NCBI RefSeq assembly: GCF_001194135.2
Contig: NC_069004.1
Span: 5,260,975-5,293,890 of the forward strand
Reading direction: 5' to 3'
DNA from: Octopus bimaculoides
Taxonomy: Eukaryota
DNA: 32,916 nucleotides
This document shows, piece by piece, positions 32,544 to 32,916 of the stretch; position 1 is the first letter of the stretch, and every line of letters begins with the position of its first letter. The position numbers and the translations under genes are program-made. Below the pieces are notes generated by a model. The model searched no databases. It worked only from the letters and a program-made list of their open reading frames with translations, and had not been told where the DNA came from.

Positions 32544-32915
32544 CAACTGGTCCTGGTTCATTTTGGACATTACTTTGACTATGGCAGCTTTCAAAGAATC
32601 TTTGGTGTTACAGGCGTGTTCATTGACCTCTCTCTCTCTCTCAACAACGCTCCACATGTAATAGTCCAATGGATTGAGACCTGGGGAATTAAGAGGCCAA
32701 ATGTTAGGGTTTATGTGATCATGACAATTTTCATCCATCCATTCCTGTGTTACTAGAGCCATGTGTGATAGTGCAGAGTCTTACTGAAACACATATGGCC
32801 TTCCATTGCATACGCTGTCTATCCAGAGCTTAACAATTATTTCCAGGACCTCAATGTAGGTAGCAGAATTAACTGTAAGACCTTGTGGAAAGAAGTAAGG
32901 AGGCATCACATGTCC
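32544..32915 (-). pseudogene. Tc1/mariner DD37D (maT/Bmmar1-type) transposase fragment; continues beyond the window
   Basis: Translation GHVMPPYFFPQGLTVNSATYIEVLEIIVKLWIDSVCNGRPYVFQ*DSALSHMALVTQEWMDENCHDHINPNIWPLNSPGLNPLDYYMWSVVEREREVNEHACNTKDSLKAAIVKVMSKMNQDQL. There are 37 residues between the FQ*D aspartate and the NPLD aspartate. A premature TAA lies at 32781-32783 and the C-terminus is truncated. Confidence 0.85.
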
Positions 32916-32916
32916 T

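Larger units (their letters stand above)
1..32916. other. Draft eukaryotic scaffold with 12 assembly gaps (771-858, 2726-3197, 4983-5104, 6410-6674, 8224-8408, 9968-10473, 12451-13198, 15304-15523, 19903-20158, 26533-27041, 27810-28131, 31356-32287)
   Basis: N-runs read directly. Most abut (TA)n, (CA)n or (AGT)n arrays, as expected for short-read collapse. Confidence 0.95.

Overview
This is a gap-ridden eukaryotic draft-genome window. Twelve N-runs total about 4.6 kb, most flanked by microsatellites. It is dominated by simple repeats and decayed mobile elements. The recurring tRNA-derived SINE families match my recollection of the abundant Octopus (cephalopod) SINEs; this assignment is from memory, not a database search. 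Almost every ORF in the supplied track is a translation of microsatellite or N. One credible host coding exon is present: a ~325-codon, homopolymer-rich (T/A/Q/N/S/P) frame at 20160-21134 (+) ending in a perfect AG|GTAAGT donor. Manual translation shows three transposase fossils absent or incomplete in the ORF track: a DD37D maT/mariner-type catalytic fragment (32544-32915, -), a Tigger/pogo-like C-terminus (12096-12326, +) and a hAT dimerisation-domain C-terminus (28618-28760, -). There is also a Helentron-associated HINE/DINE-1-like element, a Charlie-type MITE, at least four SINE types including chimeric copies, and two minisatellites. The most interesting unexplained signals are a near-complete minimal type I hammerhead ribozyme motif (13589-13631), a pre-miRNA-like hairpin (871-941), modular domain swapping among SINE families, and two candidate promoter/first-exon signatures. 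I found no prokaryote-style novel system (CRISPR, operon) and see no support for one.
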